NCBI GenBank assembly: GCA_016784165.1
Contig: JADHVD010000002.1
Location: forward strand, 6,045 to 70,044
Source of the DNA: Candidatus Woesearchaeota archaeon
GTDB lineage: Archaea; Nanobdellota; Nanobdellia; Woesearchaeales; BS150m-G63
DNA length: 64,000 bases
Direction: 5' to 3'
Position 1 is the first letter of the stretch, and each line of letters begins with the position of its first letter. Shown piece by piece: positions 20,838 through 31,700 of this stretch. The notes under the pieces are model-generated. The model had not been told where the DNA came from. It worked only from the letters and a program-made list of their open reading frames with translations, and searched no databases. The position numbers were made by a program, and so were the translations under genes.

Positions 20838-20911
20838 GGCGATAACCGGGATTTGAACCCGGGCTAGGAGATCCACAGTCTCCTGTGCTGCCAGACTACA
20901 CCATTATCGCC
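20838..20911 (-). tRNA. tRNA-His (GTG) with encoded G-1
   Basis: G-GCGATAA...GGAGA-CTGTGGA-TCTCC...GGTTCAAATCC...TTATCGC-C. Confidence 0.96.
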
Positions 20912-20967
20912 ATATTGGAAAGAAATAAGAAAGGGGTATTTAAACTTTTTTAAACATCTCAATTAAT

Positions 20968-21732
20968 TCAGAAAAAACCAAACCTACTCAATAAATTTTG
21001 GAGAAACCCTTTTTCTATTTTCTCCTCATATCTTTTGCCAGTTAATGTTGCAGCTAATTTCTTAAATTCTATTGAAGCTGGAGAATCTGGAAATGCATAA
21101 ACAAGTGGATGATTCATTTTTAATGAATTTTTAACTTGATTATCTTCAGGTATTATAGAAATAATGTTTTTCCCCAATATTGATTCAATATTTTCTATAG
21201 AAATCAAGTCCTTACCGGTTGATTTATTGAGTATTACGCCTTTTACTTCAACATTATTTTTTTCTGCTAATTTGATTGTTTTTAACGCTTCTGTTACAGA
21301 AGGCATATCAGCATTAGTAACAACTAACAATTCATTTAACATGCTGAATATTGGGGCAACATCACTAGTTAATCCTGCTGCCATATCTACGATTGTCAAT
21401 TCACCTAATTCTTGATCAAATAAAAGGTTGCTTAATTTTCTAGGGTTTAATTCATCTAGTTCATCTAATGAAATAGACGCAGGAACTATTTTTAATCCAG
21501 ATGGGTGTTGATATGTAGCTTCTGTTAACTTATTTTTTCCATTTAAAACATCATGAAGAGTTATTGGCACTAATGGTGCTCCTAAATGTATTGCAATATG
21601 GGGTGTTGCTAAGTTTGCGTCTAATAAAATAGTATCATGCCCAAGATTATTTAGTGCCATTGCTAAATTAATAGATACAGTAGTCTTTCCAACTCCTCCT
21701 TTTCCAGATGCAATTCCAACATATTTAGTCAT
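20968..21732 (-). CDS. minD: MinD/ParA-family ATPase (archaeal MinD)
   Basis: SGKGGVGKTT deviant Walker A, LLDAN, IPED, P motifs. Confidence 0.88.
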   Translation of the reverse strand: MTKYVGIASGKGGVGKTTVSINLAMALNNLGHDTILLDANLATPHIAIHLGAPLVPITLHDVLNGKNKLTEATYQHPSGLKIVPASISLDELDELNPRKLSNLLFDQELGELTIVDMAAGLTSDVAPIFSMLNELLVVTNADMPSVTEALKTIKLAEKNNVEVKGVILNKSTGKDLISIENIESILGKNIISIIPEDNQVKNSLKMNHPLVYAFPDSPASIEFKKLAATLTGKRYEEKIEKGFLQNLLSRFGFF

Positions 21733-22201
21733 CTTCTTTACCATAAATTATTTCATCTACAAGTTCTATGAATCTTTTTGTCATTACATAATATTCATTA
21801 ATTTCATCTAAATTGATCTCATACCCTTTATCATCTATGGTGGTGATCATAGCAACATGCCTTCTATATTCTTTTATTTTGGTGTAATCTTCTGTTTTGT
21901 TTAATTTTCTTAAAAGTAAAAAGAATTCAATCATATCTCTCAATTCTTCACTAAATTCTTCTCCAGTGTATAATCCTTTAACCAATTCCGCCCTTAATAA
22001 CATACTTTTGGGAAAATCTTCTATTCTTTTTTGTTCTACAGCAAATTTAAGTAAAGCTGTTGCTCCAAACCCAAACGTATTTACCATTCTTTGAATGATA
22101 TTTCTTATTACATCTACAGTTCTAGTATATTTTAAGCTAACATATACAGAATGATCTATCCTCTTTAATTCCTGTCTTGCATCATGTAAAGATTCTTTCA
22201 T
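21725..22201 (-). CDS. Hypothetical helical protein (paralogue of neighbour)
   Basis: Overlapping operon organisation; DHxVxV and EIxEY..TKxFI shared with 22182..22667. Confidence 0.75.
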   Translation of the reverse strand: MKESLHDARQELKRIDHSVYVSLKYTRTVDVIRNIIQRMVNTFGFGATALLKFAVEQKRIEDFPKSMLLRAELVKGLYTGEEFSEELRDMIEFFLLLRKLNKTEDYTKIKEYRRHVAMITTIDDKGYEINLDEINEYYVMTKRFIELVDEIIYGKEDD

Positions 22202-22667
22202 TTTTAGATGTTATTTTTTCTATGTCTTGTATAAATGATTTTGTTCTTGAAATATATTCCTTTATTTCACTTAAAGCTATACTCTTCATTCTATAGTTGG
22301 AAGAGCAGATTATAAATTTATCCTTTCTTGCGAATTCAACAGGTGAATTTTTGTGTTCTAATAATAAATTATGTAAATCCCTTATTAAAAAAATATAACT
22401 CTGATTTAAATTATGCTTACCCATACAATTATTTTTTAATATTGAAAATTTTGAAGAAAAATTTTCTGGAAAAATGGGTATTCTTTTGAATAACCTTTCA
22501 TGATACAATAAAGCATTCATCCCATTAGTTAAAGATAAAAAAATATTTCTTAATGCAGATAATAACAATTTTGGATCTTTAATTAAAGTATAAGTTACAA
22601 AAACCATGTGATCAGCTATACGTAAATTTTTTTTTGATTTTACCAGATATTCTTGAAACTTCTCCAT
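22182..22667 (-). CDS. Hypothetical helical protein (paralogue of neighbour)
   Basis: ADHMVFV, EFARK, EIKEYISRTKSFI. Confidence 0.75.
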   Translation of the reverse strand: MEKFQEYLVKSKKNLRIADHMVFVTYTLIKDPKLLLSALRNIFLSLTNGMNALLYHERLFKRIPIFPENFSSKFSILKNNCMGKHNLNQSYIFLIRDLHNLLLEHKNSPVEFARKDKFIICSSNYRMKSIALSEIKEYISRTKSFIQDIEKITSKNERIFT

Positions 22668-22721
22668 GGCAGCATATAGGTATTAAAACTTTTTAAAGTT
22701 TATGATAAAAAATCGAAAATA

Positions 22722-23060
22722 TCACTCTTGTAAGTCTAAAATTGCTTTTGCAATGTCTCCTTTTGAATTTTTAAGTGCTTTTTCTGCATCTTCTTTTGAG
22801 ACATTTGTTTGTTGTACAACTGTATCTATATCTTCTTCTGTGATTTCAGGTTCTGTTGATAATGATCTTTCTTCAGGTTCACCAACTATTTGATAAGTTT
22901 GTTGACCCATCATATTCACCTTACTTACCTGTGGTTGTGAAAAAACCAATTGTTTATCTTGAGTTTTAATAATAACTTCTACAGCATCTATTTCTTGTTG
23001 TTGAATACCCATACGTTTCATCATACTCTGCATTTTCCGCGGATTCATTCCAGGCATCAT
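22722..23060 (-). CDS. nac: Nascent polypeptide-associated complex protein
   Basis: MNPRKMQSMMKRMGI, C-terminal UBA-like GDIAKAIL. Confidence 0.95.
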   Translation of the reverse strand: MMPGMNPRKMQSMMKRMGIQQQEIDAVEVIIKTQDKQLVFSQPQVSKVNMMGQQTYQIVGEPEERSLSTEPEITEEDIDTVVQQTNVSKEDAEKALKNSKGDIAKAILDLQE

Positions 23061-23061
23061 T

Positions 23062-23241
23062 TTAAGGTAAACCAAGGATTTTTGTTCCTTGTGTGTGTAA
23101 GATTATCTCAAGAATCATAATTATAATCACAAATATAATTATATATCCTGGTTTAAATTCTATTTTACTCCTATATTCGTCGAAATAACGTACCAATCCA
23201 CCTTGAGAGGAAGGCATAGATATTTTATCTTGTTTTGACAT
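23062..23241 (-). CDS. secG: Preprotein translocase subunit Sec61beta/SecG, 59 aa, missing from ORF track
   Basis: MSKQDKISMPSSQGGLVRYFDE...P + single TM helix. Confidence 0.9.
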   Translation of the reverse strand: MSKQDKISMPSSQGGLVRYFDEYRSKIEFKPGYIIIFVIIIMILEIILHTQGTKILGLP

Positions 23242-23278
23242 TTTGGTTAATTAATATGTATCTATTTAAAAAGTTTAG

Positions 23279-23569
23279 GGTAAAGTAAGCCGCCTTTTGT
23301 CAGTTTTCTTTAAAAGAAAAAACCGTCTTAACATTCTACTTTGCGTCTAAAAAGACTTGCACAAACCAGGACTCGCCGTTTCAACTATCCCAATGAAACG
23401 TCTGTTGGTTAACTCGCTTTTGTCACCAAAAGCTTCGCAAACATCATTCTACTCATTGGAAGTATCGTTTCTGAGCGGTTGCCATCCATTGCTAGATCTT
23501 GCTTCTGCAAGTGGTTACGATAGTGGGCGGACTTTCCTCAGTAGTATCTACCGATAGTTAAGCTTTACC
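23279..23569 (-). ncRNA. rnpB: RNase P RNA
   Basis: Minus strand GAGGAAAGTCC (CR I), AGAAA, TGAAAC, TGCAA, ACAAAAGGCGGCTTA (CR V); terminal P1 GGTAAAG/CTTTACC. Confidence 0.93.
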
Positions 23570-23596
23570 ACAAGAAAGAATAAATTTAAGGGGTTT

Positions 23597-23833
23597 TTAA
23601 GCTTTTCTTTTCTTTTTGTGTTTTTTCAGTTTTTTCAGTTCTGTTTGTATTCTGGAGTTTACTGCGATAAATCCCCAAAGAGAGAAAAACATAACTAATA
23701 AACCATCAACCACTTCTAGCCATTTATTTCCATGTAGAACACTAGCTACCCATAATATTAAACCTAAAAAGAAATCCACAAGATAAAAATTTGCAAGAGT
23801 GGTTAATTTTATTTTTGCACCTTTTTTTACCAT
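23597..23833 (-). CDS. Small membrane protein (2 TM)
   Basis: Two hydrophobic segments, basic C-tail. Confidence 0.65.
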   Translation of the reverse strand: MVKKGAKIKLTTLANFYLVDFFLGLILWVASVLHGNKWLEVVDGLLVMFFSLWGFIAVNSRIQTELKKLKKHKKKRKA

Positions 23834-23858
23834 ATTAAAATTAATATTGTTTGATTAT

Positions 23859-25004
23859 TTAAATTTTTTGTTGTTTTAGTTGGAATAATAAACAATACAT
23901 TTCTTGTTTTCCAGCCATGATTTGTTTTTCTTTTATTAATTTAAAATTTTGTTTTTGTGCATGCGCCTTTAATTGAGAAGGGTTGGTGGAAATTAATGCT
24001 ATCTTCCCTTTTTTTGAGAGGATTAATTTAGCTTGATAGAAAAATTCGTGATAAATTTGAGGAATTTCTTTTTGATTAAACTTTGTAGGTTGTGGGGGAT
24101 AAGATGCTATTAAGTCTATTTCTTTGTCAAATTTTAAGTCTAAATCTTCAATATTTGTTTTTGAGAATTTTATTTTTTTATTGATATTAGCTATTTTAGC
24201 ATTCTTTTTTGCAGCACTAATATTCTTTAACAAAGAATCATAAGCAAATATTTTTGATTTAGTATTCTTTATTTTATCTAATTTTAAAAAGAAACTATCA
24301 AAATCTTGTTTATTAAATTGTTTTAATTTTAAAAAAGCAAAATCTGTTTTTCTAAAAAAATTAGGAGAATTATTAGTTGAATAAAGTGCTGCTTCTATTG
24401 GGATTGTAGCTGCTTTACAAAAAGGATCTAAAAGTGATTGTTCTTTTTTATAGTCTGCAAATCTTAATAATGAGTATGCAACTGTACCTTTAATTCCTGT
24501 AGGATTTATAAATATTTTATAATCTCTTTTGCTTAAATCAAAACCAGAAAAATCGACACCAAAATAACAATTTTTATCATGGATATAAACATAAAATATT
24601 AAGTCCGGGTTTGTTAAATTTACTTTTGGTTGAATTCCTAATTTTTTCAAATTATCAAAAACATAACCACCTACAGTTTCTTCTATCTCTTTTGTTGAAA
24701 ATTCATCATTTATTTTTTTACACTTTACTGCAAAAGTTGTTTCATCATTAAACCAATTTTTTAATGATAATTTTGAAATTGGTTTTTCCAATTCTTCGAT
24801 TGAATTTATAATAAATTTAGAAAGTAAGAGTATTGCTTTATTGATTGATTGTGATTTGTAAATCAATTTACATAATTCGATTGGTTTTTTTGGGTTAAAT
24901 ACCACAACCGAATCTTGTATTATTGAGTCTAATTTCAATATTTCTTTTATTTCAGATTTAGTTACTTCTTCTAAACCATGATTTGTTATAGCTAGTGCTT
25001 TCAT
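23859..25004 (-). CDS. THUMP-domain RNA methyltransferase (Trm14/RlmL-like)
   Basis: GLE start, THUMP region (KVNLTNPD), LSKRDY, LLDPFC, YPP. Confidence 0.82.
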   Translation of the reverse strand: MKALAITNHGLEEVTKSEIKEILKLDSIIQDSVVVFNPKKPIELCKLIYKSQSINKAILLLSKFIINSIEELEKPISKLSLKNWFNDETTFAVKCKKINDEFSTKEIEETVGGYVFDNLKKLGIQPKVNLTNPDLIFYVYIHDKNCYFGVDFSGFDLSKRDYKIFINPTGIKGTVAYSLLRFADYKKEQSLLDPFCKAATIPIEAALYSTNNSPNFFRKTDFAFLKLKQFNKQDFDSFFLKLDKIKNTKSKIFAYDSLLKNISAAKKNAKIANINKKIKFSKTNIEDLDLKFDKEIDLIASYPPQPTKFNQKEIPQIYHEFFYQAKLILSKKGKIALISTNPSQLKAHAQKQNFKLIKEKQIMAGKQEMYCLLFQLKQQKI

Positions 25005-25027
25005 AAATATAAAGAATCAGTTTAGTT

Positions 25028-27493
25028 TTATAAAGATTCGCCAATTATCTTGGCTGCCGAAACAACTTTATCTCCTTTTTTTAATCTCATTAATCTAACT
25101 CCTTGAGTATTTCTTCCTATTTGAGATATTCCGTTTGTAGGAGTTCTAATGGTAATTCCTTTTTGACTAATAAACATCATCTCATCATTATCTGTAACAG
25201 AAGATGTTGCAACAACTTTCCCATTTCTTTCACTACACTGAATGTTAATAATTCCAGAAGTTCCTCTATGAGTTATTCTATAATTAGAAATTAAAGTTCT
25301 TTTTCCATACCCATTTTTAGTTATAGTTAAGATGCTTTTTTTATCTTCAGCTATAATTAACCCAATCAACATATCTTTTTCCTTAAGTTTTATTCCTTTA
25401 ACACCTGTAGCTGTTCTCCCCATAACCCTCACTTCTGCTTCTTTAAATCTTACAGCTTTTCCATTTTTAGTTGCTAAAATAATTTGTTGAGTGTTATCTG
25501 TTAATCTGGCCCCAACTAAGGAATCATTTTCTCGTAAATTTATTGCTATAATTCCATTTTTCCTAGGTTTGGAATAAGCAGACAATTTTGTTTTTTTAAC
25601 TATGCCATTTTTAGTTGCCATAAAAATATATTTAGAATCATCAAATTTTCTTACTGGAATAAGTGAAGTTATTTTTTCTTCTTTCTGTAATCCAAGTATA
25701 TTAATAATTGGTAATCCTTTTGCAGTTCTTACTGCATCTGGAAATTTATATACCTTAGACCAATAGACTTTCCCAAGATTCGTAAAAAATAAAATATATG
25801 AATGCGTATTTGCTATAAATAAATCTTCAATGAAATCCTCTTCTTTAGTGGTTGCTGCAATCACTCCTTTTCCACCCCTCTTTTGTCCACGATATTCATC
25901 TACAGAAGTTCTTTTTATATATCCAGCATTAGTCATAGTGACAACCACTTCCTGTGGTTTTATTAAATCCTCTTCATCTAATAAGTCATCATCACCATCT
26001 AAAATTTCTGTTTTTCTTTCATCACCATATTTTTCAATTAATTCTTTCAATTCTTTTTTGATTATGTCTTTTATTTTTTGGTCACTTGCCAAAATTTCTT
26101 TTAATTTTTTGATTAAAATTGATTTTTCTTTTAATTCATCTAGGATTTTATTTTGTTCTAAAGAAGTTAATCTTTGTAATTTCATATCTAAAATTGCTTG
26201 AGATTGTTTGGGAGTTATATCAAATGTACTTTGGAGCGATTTGTTTGCAATATCCGGAGATTTACTTTTCTTGATCATTACTATTACCTTATCAAGATAA
26301 TCCAATGCTATTTTTAATCCCTCAAGAATGTGAGCTCTTTCTTCAGCTATCCTCAAATCATATTTTGTTCTTTTTGTAACTACATCTATTCTATGTTCAA
26401 TGTATTTTTGTAATATTTGTTTAAGATTTAGTAATTTTGGAACATTATTATCTAATGCAAGAAGATTTATACCAAATGTTGTTTGTAATGATGTATGTTT
26501 ATATAATCTATTTAACACAATTTCAGGATTAGCATTTGATTTTAATCCAATTACTACCCTAATACCTTCTCTATCAGATTCATCTCTTAATTCAGATATA
26601 TCTTTTAATTTTTTATCCTTAACCAATTCAGCAATATTAATTAATAATGTTGATTTATTTACTTGATAGGGAATTTCAGTAACTATTATTCTTACTCTAT
26701 TTTTTTGTTGTTCTATATGTGTTTTCGCCCTTAATTTTATTTTTCCTTTTCCTGTTTCATATGCTCTTTTTATTCCGCCCCTACCAGTAAGCATAGCAGC
26801 TGTTGGAAAATCAGGTCCATGAACATATTCCATTAAATCAATAATTTCTGCATTGGGATTATCTATTAAATAGATCGCCGCATTTGAAACTTCTGTAAGG
26901 TTGTGTGGCGGAATATTTGTAGCCATGCCAACTGCAATTCCAGAAGAACCATTAACCAATAAATTAGGAAGTTTTGAAGGTAAAACTATTGGTTCTTTTA
27001 AACTATCATCAAAATTGGGAGTAAATTTTACTGTTTCTTTATCGATATCAGAAAGCATTTCTGTTGAAATTTTACTTAATTTTACTTCAGTATATCTCAT
27101 AGCAGCTGCATTGTCGCCATCAATACTTCCAAAATTTCCTTGCCCTTTAACTAAAGGATACCTTAAAGAAAAATCTTGCACCATACGTACCATTGAATCA
27201 TATACTGCAGTATCTCCATGAGGGTGATATTTACCTAATACTTCCCCAACAATTCTTGCAGATTTTTTAAAGGATTTTGTGTGTACAATACCCATATCCT
27301 GCATTGCATATAATATTCTACGATGTACTGGTTTTAAACCATCTTTTACATCTGGCAATGCTCTACCAACTATTACCGACATAGAATAATCTAAATAAGA
27401 AGACTTCATTTCTTCTTCTATTAATCTAGAAACTATCCTTTCTTTTGTTATATCTTCTCCTTCCACTATTTTATTTTCTTTTTGTTTAGTCAT
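25028..27493 (-). CDS. gyrA: DNA gyrase subunit A
   Basis: [29 protein letters not shown] catalytic Tyr, GyrA-box QKRGGKG, beta-pinwheel repeats. Confidence 0.97.
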   Translation of the reverse strand: MTKQKENKIVEGEDITKERIVSRLIEEEMKSSYLDYSMSVIVGRALPDVKDGLKPVHRRILYAMQDMGIVHTKSFKKSARIVGEVLGKYHPHGDTAVYDSMVRMVQDFSLRYPLVKGQGNFGSIDGDNAAAMRYTEVKLSKISTEMLSDIDKETVKFTPNFDDSLKEPIVLPSKLPNLLVNGSSGIAVGMATNIPPHNLTEVSNAAIYLIDNPNAEIIDLMEYVHGPDFPTAAMLTGRGGIKRAYETGKGKIKLRAKTHIEQQKNRVRIIVTEIPYQVNKSTLLINIAELVKDKKLKDISELRDESDREGIRVVIGLKSNANPEIVLNRLYKHTSLQTTFGINLLALDNNVPKLLNLKQILQKYIEHRIDVVTKRTKYDLRIAEERAHILEGLKIALDYLDKVIVMIKKSKSPDIANKSLQSTFDITPKQSQAILDMKLQRLTSLEQNKILDELKEKSILIKKLKEILASDQKIKDIIKKELKELIEKYGDERKTEILDGDDDLLDEEDLIKPQEVVVTMTNAGYIKRTSVDEYRGQKRGGKGVIAATTKEEDFIEDLFIANTHSYILFFTNLGKVYWSKVYKFPDAVRTAKGLPIINILGLQKEEKITSLIPVRKFDDSKYIFMATKNGIVKKTKLSAYSKPRKNGIIAINLRENDSLVGARLTDNTQQIILATKNGKAVRFKEAEVRVMGRTATGVKGIKLKEKDMLIGLIIAEDKKSILTITKNGYGKRTLISNYRITHRGTSGIINIQCSERNGKVVATSSVTDNDEMMFISQKGITIRTPTNGISQIGRNTQGVRLMRLKKGDKVVSAAKIIGESL

Positions 27494-27725
27494 CTTGTAC
27501 TAATTTGTATGGTATTGCATAATAATTGCATGGTTTTTTTGGTCCATTTAGAGGTTCAATATCTCTAATTTCTAATGCATAATTGTCTGAAATTTTAAGC
27601 ACTTGACCTATTTTGTATAATCCCTCATCTGCAGTAACTTGCACGATTATTGGCCGACATTTACTTTCTGTTAAACCTCTAACAATATCTCCAATGGTTT
27701 CTGGTTTTAATTCTAATTTTTTCAT
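27486..27725 (-). CDS. Small hypothetical protein
   Basis: GGAGGT SD, overlaps gyrA start. Confidence 0.65.
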   Translation of the reverse strand: MKKLELKPETIGDIVRGLTESKCRPIIVQVTADEGLYKIGQVLKISDNYALEIRDIEPLNGPKKPCNYYAIPYKLVQDD

Positions 27726-27837
27726 ATTTTGTGACCTCCATAATAGGTTAATAAAACTCTGAAGACAAGCCTAAAGCAAAATCTCCTGATTTTTTCACCT
27801 TTAAATTACCCCCCTTTTAAATCGTGATTGTGATAAA

Positions 27838-28596
27838 TTATTCTTCTATATTTCTTAGTGCTTCGGATGATGATTTTATTTCTTCTTCTCCTTCTTGCTG
27901 AGTGGTTTGTTTTCCTACTTCCACTTCTTCATCATCTTTTTCAGAAACTTCTGTAGAAGATACATCTTGAATTTCTTTTAACTCATTATTTTTTTGTTCC
28001 TGTCTTTTTGCTCTCAACATTTCTTCTGTTTTTCTATTTGCTTGTTCTACTTGTTTTATTTGTTCTTCCATATCTTTTTCTTTTTCCTCTATTGATTGTT
28101 CAACTTCTTCAAAGTTTTTGAATGTTTCTTTAACTTTATCTTCAGGTAAATCAAAATAATTAAAGAATTTGGAAGTTAATTTCAATTCATAAGTTCTACC
28201 TTTTTTAATTTTCTCTAAAAATTGCATCTCTTGTAATTGTTTTATGTGGTCATAAGCTTTATTTGAACGAATTTTTATTAATTCAGATTGAAGAATCGGA
28301 TATTTAAATGCAAGGATCGCAAGAGTTTCTGTAACTGATTTATTTAATTCTGTATCTATTGCAAGATTTTTTATTAAAGGCATATATCTTTCCCTAACTG
28401 TCAATTTCCATATGTCTTTTTCTGATACTAACATCATAGAAGATTCTTTTTGTTCATACCCTTGTTGTAATTCCTTGAGTTTTGCTTCAACTATGTTGGG
28501 ATTATTGATTTTACAAAGTTTTGAAAGCTCTTCTAAACTGATTTTTTTCCCAACCGAGAAGAGTATTGCCTCTAGTTTATTTTTTAAATCTTCCAT
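27838..28596 (-). CDS. scpB: SMC-Scp complex subunit ScpB
   Basis: LEAILF, ETLAILAFKYPILQSEL..IR, TSKFFNYF. Confidence 0.9.
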   Translation of the reverse strand: MEDLKNKLEAILFSVGKKISLEELSKLCKINNPNIVEAKLKELQQGYEQKESSMMLVSEKDIWKLTVRERYMPLIKNLAIDTELNKSVTETLAILAFKYPILQSELIKIRSNKAYDHIKQLQEMQFLEKIKKGRTYELKLTSKFFNYFDLPEDKVKETFKNFEEVEQSIEEKEKDMEEQIKQVEQANRKTEEMLRAKRQEQKNNELKEIQDVSSTEVSEKDDEEVEVGKQTTQQEGEEEIKSSSEALRNIEE

Positions 28597-28598
28597 TT

Positions 28599-29183
28599 TT
28601 AGTTTAAACTATAGATTTTTTTCTGTTTCTTTATTTTCTTTTCTTTGATTAAAATATCCATGAATTTTTCAAGCTCTTTTTCTGGAACTCCAGTATTCTT
28701 TGAAAGTTCAACAACATCCTTTCCTTTTTCTTTTAATGCAAGGAATATCAAATTTCTTAAGAAGATTGCGCTATTTTTCCTTAATATTTTATTCTCTTGA
28801 CCAGTATTTTTGGCAACCATATCTATTTTATGGAGTCTTGCTTGAAGATCATTAAGAATATCCGAAAAATCATGAGAACTATAAGTTAAATTAGCTGGTT
28901 CAATTATTTCTACGCTTGAAGGCATATAATCAAAACAAAATTCAACAACCCTTTTAGTGTCTTTCATTAGTGTTTCAAGTTCTACAAACATCGTAAAAAG
29001 TCCTTCCTTTTCTTCGGGTTCTACATAATCTTCTTTTAGTATCTCAATAGTCTTATCTTTTTTTAATAATTCGATATAACCTTTTAATGTTTTTTCTAAG
29101 TGTTCTTTTGGTTTTCCAAGCATTTCAATTATGAAATTACAATGGAGCCATCCATCATTAATTTTTTGTTTAATTTTATCCAT
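28599..29183 (-). CDS. Conserved archaeal hypothetical protein with C-terminal winged helix
   Basis: IIEMLGKP, FVELE, YMPSSVEIIEP; start at MDKIK. Confidence 0.75.
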   Translation of the reverse strand: MDKIKQKINDGWLHCNFIIEMLGKPKEHLEKTLKGYIELLKKDKTIEILKEDYVEPEEKEGLFTMFVELETLMKDTKRVVEFCFDYMPSSVEIIEPANLTYSSHDFSDILNDLQARLHKIDMVAKNTGQENKILRKNSAIFLRNLIFLALKEKGKDVVELSKNTGVPEKELEKFMDILIKEKKIKKQKKIYSLN

Positions 29184-29276
29184 TTTATCCTCTATAATAT
29201 GTAATTTAGATGGATTTAAAAAGGTTTCGCAAAACATATAAAGAAATGGATTTAAAAGGGGTTCCAGGGAGTAATA

Positions 29277-30002
29277 ATGGATAAATGGATACTTAGCGAT
29301 ACATACATGCAATTTGAAGGAATAAACCTTCACATCACGGTAGATGAAGAAAGGGGGAATTATGAGATGTCTGTAATTTTACCTTTTTTAGATAATCTTG
29401 ATTATTTACCTCAATTGGGCAGAGGCCTTTGGGATGTTGGTTTTGAGTTTAATGAGTCTAATAACCTCTATCATTTTAAAGATAAAGAGAATAAATACGT
29501 AGTGGACAAAAAAGCCAAATACGCAAATTTAACTTTTATTAGAGAAGACCGTGAGGGTTTTTTATTAGAAGAGGAGGTTGAAGAGTTGTTTAATTCTTAT
29601 CGTCGAGTTAAGGATGTGGTGAGAACAGATTGTGGTGATTTTGATGGATTAGATAATTATCTTATTAACTTTGGTTATGATGACTTAATGAAAAGTAAAA
29701 AAGATCATCTTTCATCTGAAGGGGGTTTTGAATCTAAATCCCAATTACAAGGAAGGTACCCTAAAATCATTGAAGATAGCATTTTTAAGGAAATAAATCA
29801 AATTATGAAGACTCCTTTAACTTGGGAAGAAACAGTAGATTTTATGTTAGAGGGGATAACTGAATTGAAAAAAAATATTAAAGAAGGAAACAAACAAAGA
29901 ATTAATGATTCTAAAGGGAGAATAGAATATTATGCTAAAAAATTAGATTATGAACCTACAGAGATGTTGGACAAGATTCTTAACAAAAAAAGACAAAATT
30001 GA
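29277..30002 (+). CDS. Hypothetical protein
   Basis: 241-aa ORF with GGGAG SD; no recognised motif. Confidence 0.65.
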   Translation: MDKWILSDTYMQFEGINLHITVDEERGNYEMSVILPFLDNLDYLPQLGRGLWDVGFEFNESNNLYHFKDKENKYVVDKKAKYANLTFIREDREGFLLEEEVEELFNSYRRVKDVVRTDCGDFDGLDNYLINFGYDDLMKSKKDHLSSEGGFESKSQLQGRYPKIIEDSIFKEINQIMKTPLTWEETVDFMLEGITELKKNIKEGNKQRINDSKGRIEYYAKKLDYEPTEMLDKILNKKRQN

Positions 30003-30131
30003 GTGGTTTTGTGCTAAAAAACATAAGGTTTATAAATGAGACCCAACTTTTTCAACTTACAAAGCCCGAGTTCAAATTAATGAGCGGTTATAGGGTTCAT
30101 AGATACTATGAATTCTAAGCTTTGAATTTTA

Positions 30132-30641
30132 ATGGCAGAAGAAAAATCTAAAGAAAACAGACAAGAGTCAAAAACTCCTGATCAAAAACAAGATATAAAG
30201 TATTTTGTAAGGATTGCAAATACTGATTTAGTTGGGAGTAAATCAATTTATTTAGCTCTTCGTAAAATCAAAGGGGTTAATTTCATGTTTGCAAATGCAG
30301 CATGTGCTATTACTGGAATACCTAAAGATAAAAAAACAGGAAGTTTATCTGAACAAGAAATAAAAAAACTTGATGAATTTTTAACAAACCCATTAAAATT
30401 TAATTTACCTTCATGGTTATTGAATAGACAAAAAGATTATGATACTGGAGTAGATAAACATCTTTTAACTTCAGATCTTGATTTCACAAAAGAATTTGAT
30501 ATTAGGAGATTAAAAAAGATAAAATCTAATCGTGGATTCAGACATGCATGGGGATTACCTTTAAGAGGTCAAAAAACAAAATCAAATTTCAGAAGAAACA
30601 AAAGAAAAGGAGCTCTTGGAGTCAAGAGAAAGAAAAAATAA
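30132..30641 (+). CDS. rps13: 30S ribosomal protein uS13
   Basis: VRIANTDL, IKGV, WLLNR, RH..GLPLRGQKTKSN. Confidence 0.97.
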   Translation: MAEEKSKENRQESKTPDQKQDIKYFVRIANTDLVGSKSIYLALRKIKGVNFMFANAACAITGIPKDKKTGSLSEQEIKKLDEFLTNPLKFNLPSWLLNRQKDYDTGVDKHLLTSDLDFTKEFDIRRLKKIKSNRGFRHAWGLPLRGQKTKSNFRRNKRKGALGVKRKKK

Positions 30642-30652
30642 GGTAAATTAAA

Positions 30653-31249
30653 ATGGGAGATCCAAAAAAACGAAGAAAAAAATTCTCAGCACCATCTAAA
30701 AGATGGGAAAAAGATAGAATTGATGAAGAAAAATCATTAATTAGAGAATATGGGCTAAAAAATAAAAAAGAAATTTGGAAATTCGAATTTAAATTAAGAA
30801 ATTTTTCAAGACAAGCAAAAAGATTAGTTGCTTTGAAAACTGCTCAAGCAGAAAAAGAAAAAGAACAATTATTACTTAAACTAAAATCCTTATCATTATT
30901 ATCAGGTACAGCGAAATTAGAAAATATATTAGATCTTCAATTAAAAGATTTGTTAGATAGGAGATTGCAAACAGTAGTTTACAAAAAAGGATTAGCAAGA
31001 TCGGTTAATGCAGCAAGACAACTCATTACACACGGACATATATTTATAGATAAAGTTAAAATTACTGTCCCTTCTTACACTGTACTCGCAAAAGAAGACC
31101 CCTTAATAACCTATAGTCAAAGTTCTCCTTTTTCTAATGATCAACATCCAGAAAGAATTGTAATGAAGAAAGCACCAAAACCAAAAAAAGTAATTGAACC
31201 AAAAGGAAAATATAATCGAAATAAACAACAAAGGAAATTTAAAAAATGA
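30653..31249 (+). CDS. rps4: 30S ribosomal protein uS4
   Basis: [29 protein letters not shown]. Confidence 0.97.
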   Translation: MGDPKKRRKKFSAPSKRWEKDRIDEEKSLIREYGLKNKKEIWKFEFKLRNFSRQAKRLVALKTAQAEKEKEQLLLKLKSLSLLSGTAKLENILDLQLKDLLDRRLQTVVYKKGLARSVNAARQLITHGHIFIDKVKITVPSYTVLAKEDPLITYSQSSPFSNDQHPERIVMKKAPKPKKVIEPKGKYNRNKQQRKFKK

Positions 31250-31680
31250 AACCTCAATATAATAAACCACAACAAACTTATAGAAAACAAGAAGGAATAA
31301 GGTGGGGAATAGCACACATATATGCATCATATAATAACACTATAATCCATATTACAGATATTACAGGTACAGAAACAATTACAAAAGCTTCTGGCGGTAT
31401 GGTGGTTAAAGCAGATCATTTAGAAGGTTCACCAACAGCTGCAATGATTGCTGCAAAAAGAGCGGCAGAAGTTGTAAAAGATAAAGGAATCCAAGGACTT
31501 CACATTAAAATAAAAGCACCTGGAGGGCACAATGGTCCAAATAATCCAGGTCCCGGAGCTCAAGCAGCAATAAGGGCATTATCAAGGATGGGTTTAAAAA
31601 TTGGAATTATAGATGAAGTTACACCAATACCTCACGATGGTTGTAGAAAAAAAGGAGGAAGACGAGGAAGACGAGTCTAA
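31246..31680 (+). CDS. rps11: 30S ribosomal protein uS11
   Basis: [39 protein letters not shown]. Confidence 0.98.
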   Translation: MKPQYNKPQQTYRKQEGIRWGIAHIYASYNNTIIHITDITGTETITKASGGMVVKADHLEGSPTAAMIAAKRAAEVVKDKGIQGLHIKIKAPGGHNGPNNPGPGAQAAIRALSRMGLKIGIIDEVTPIPHDGCRKKGGRRGRRV

Positions 31681-31700
31681 AGCCAAAAAAATTCGAAAAA

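Noticed and set aside
23357-23557. 66-aa ORF on + strand
   Set aside because: Antisense to the RNase P RNA
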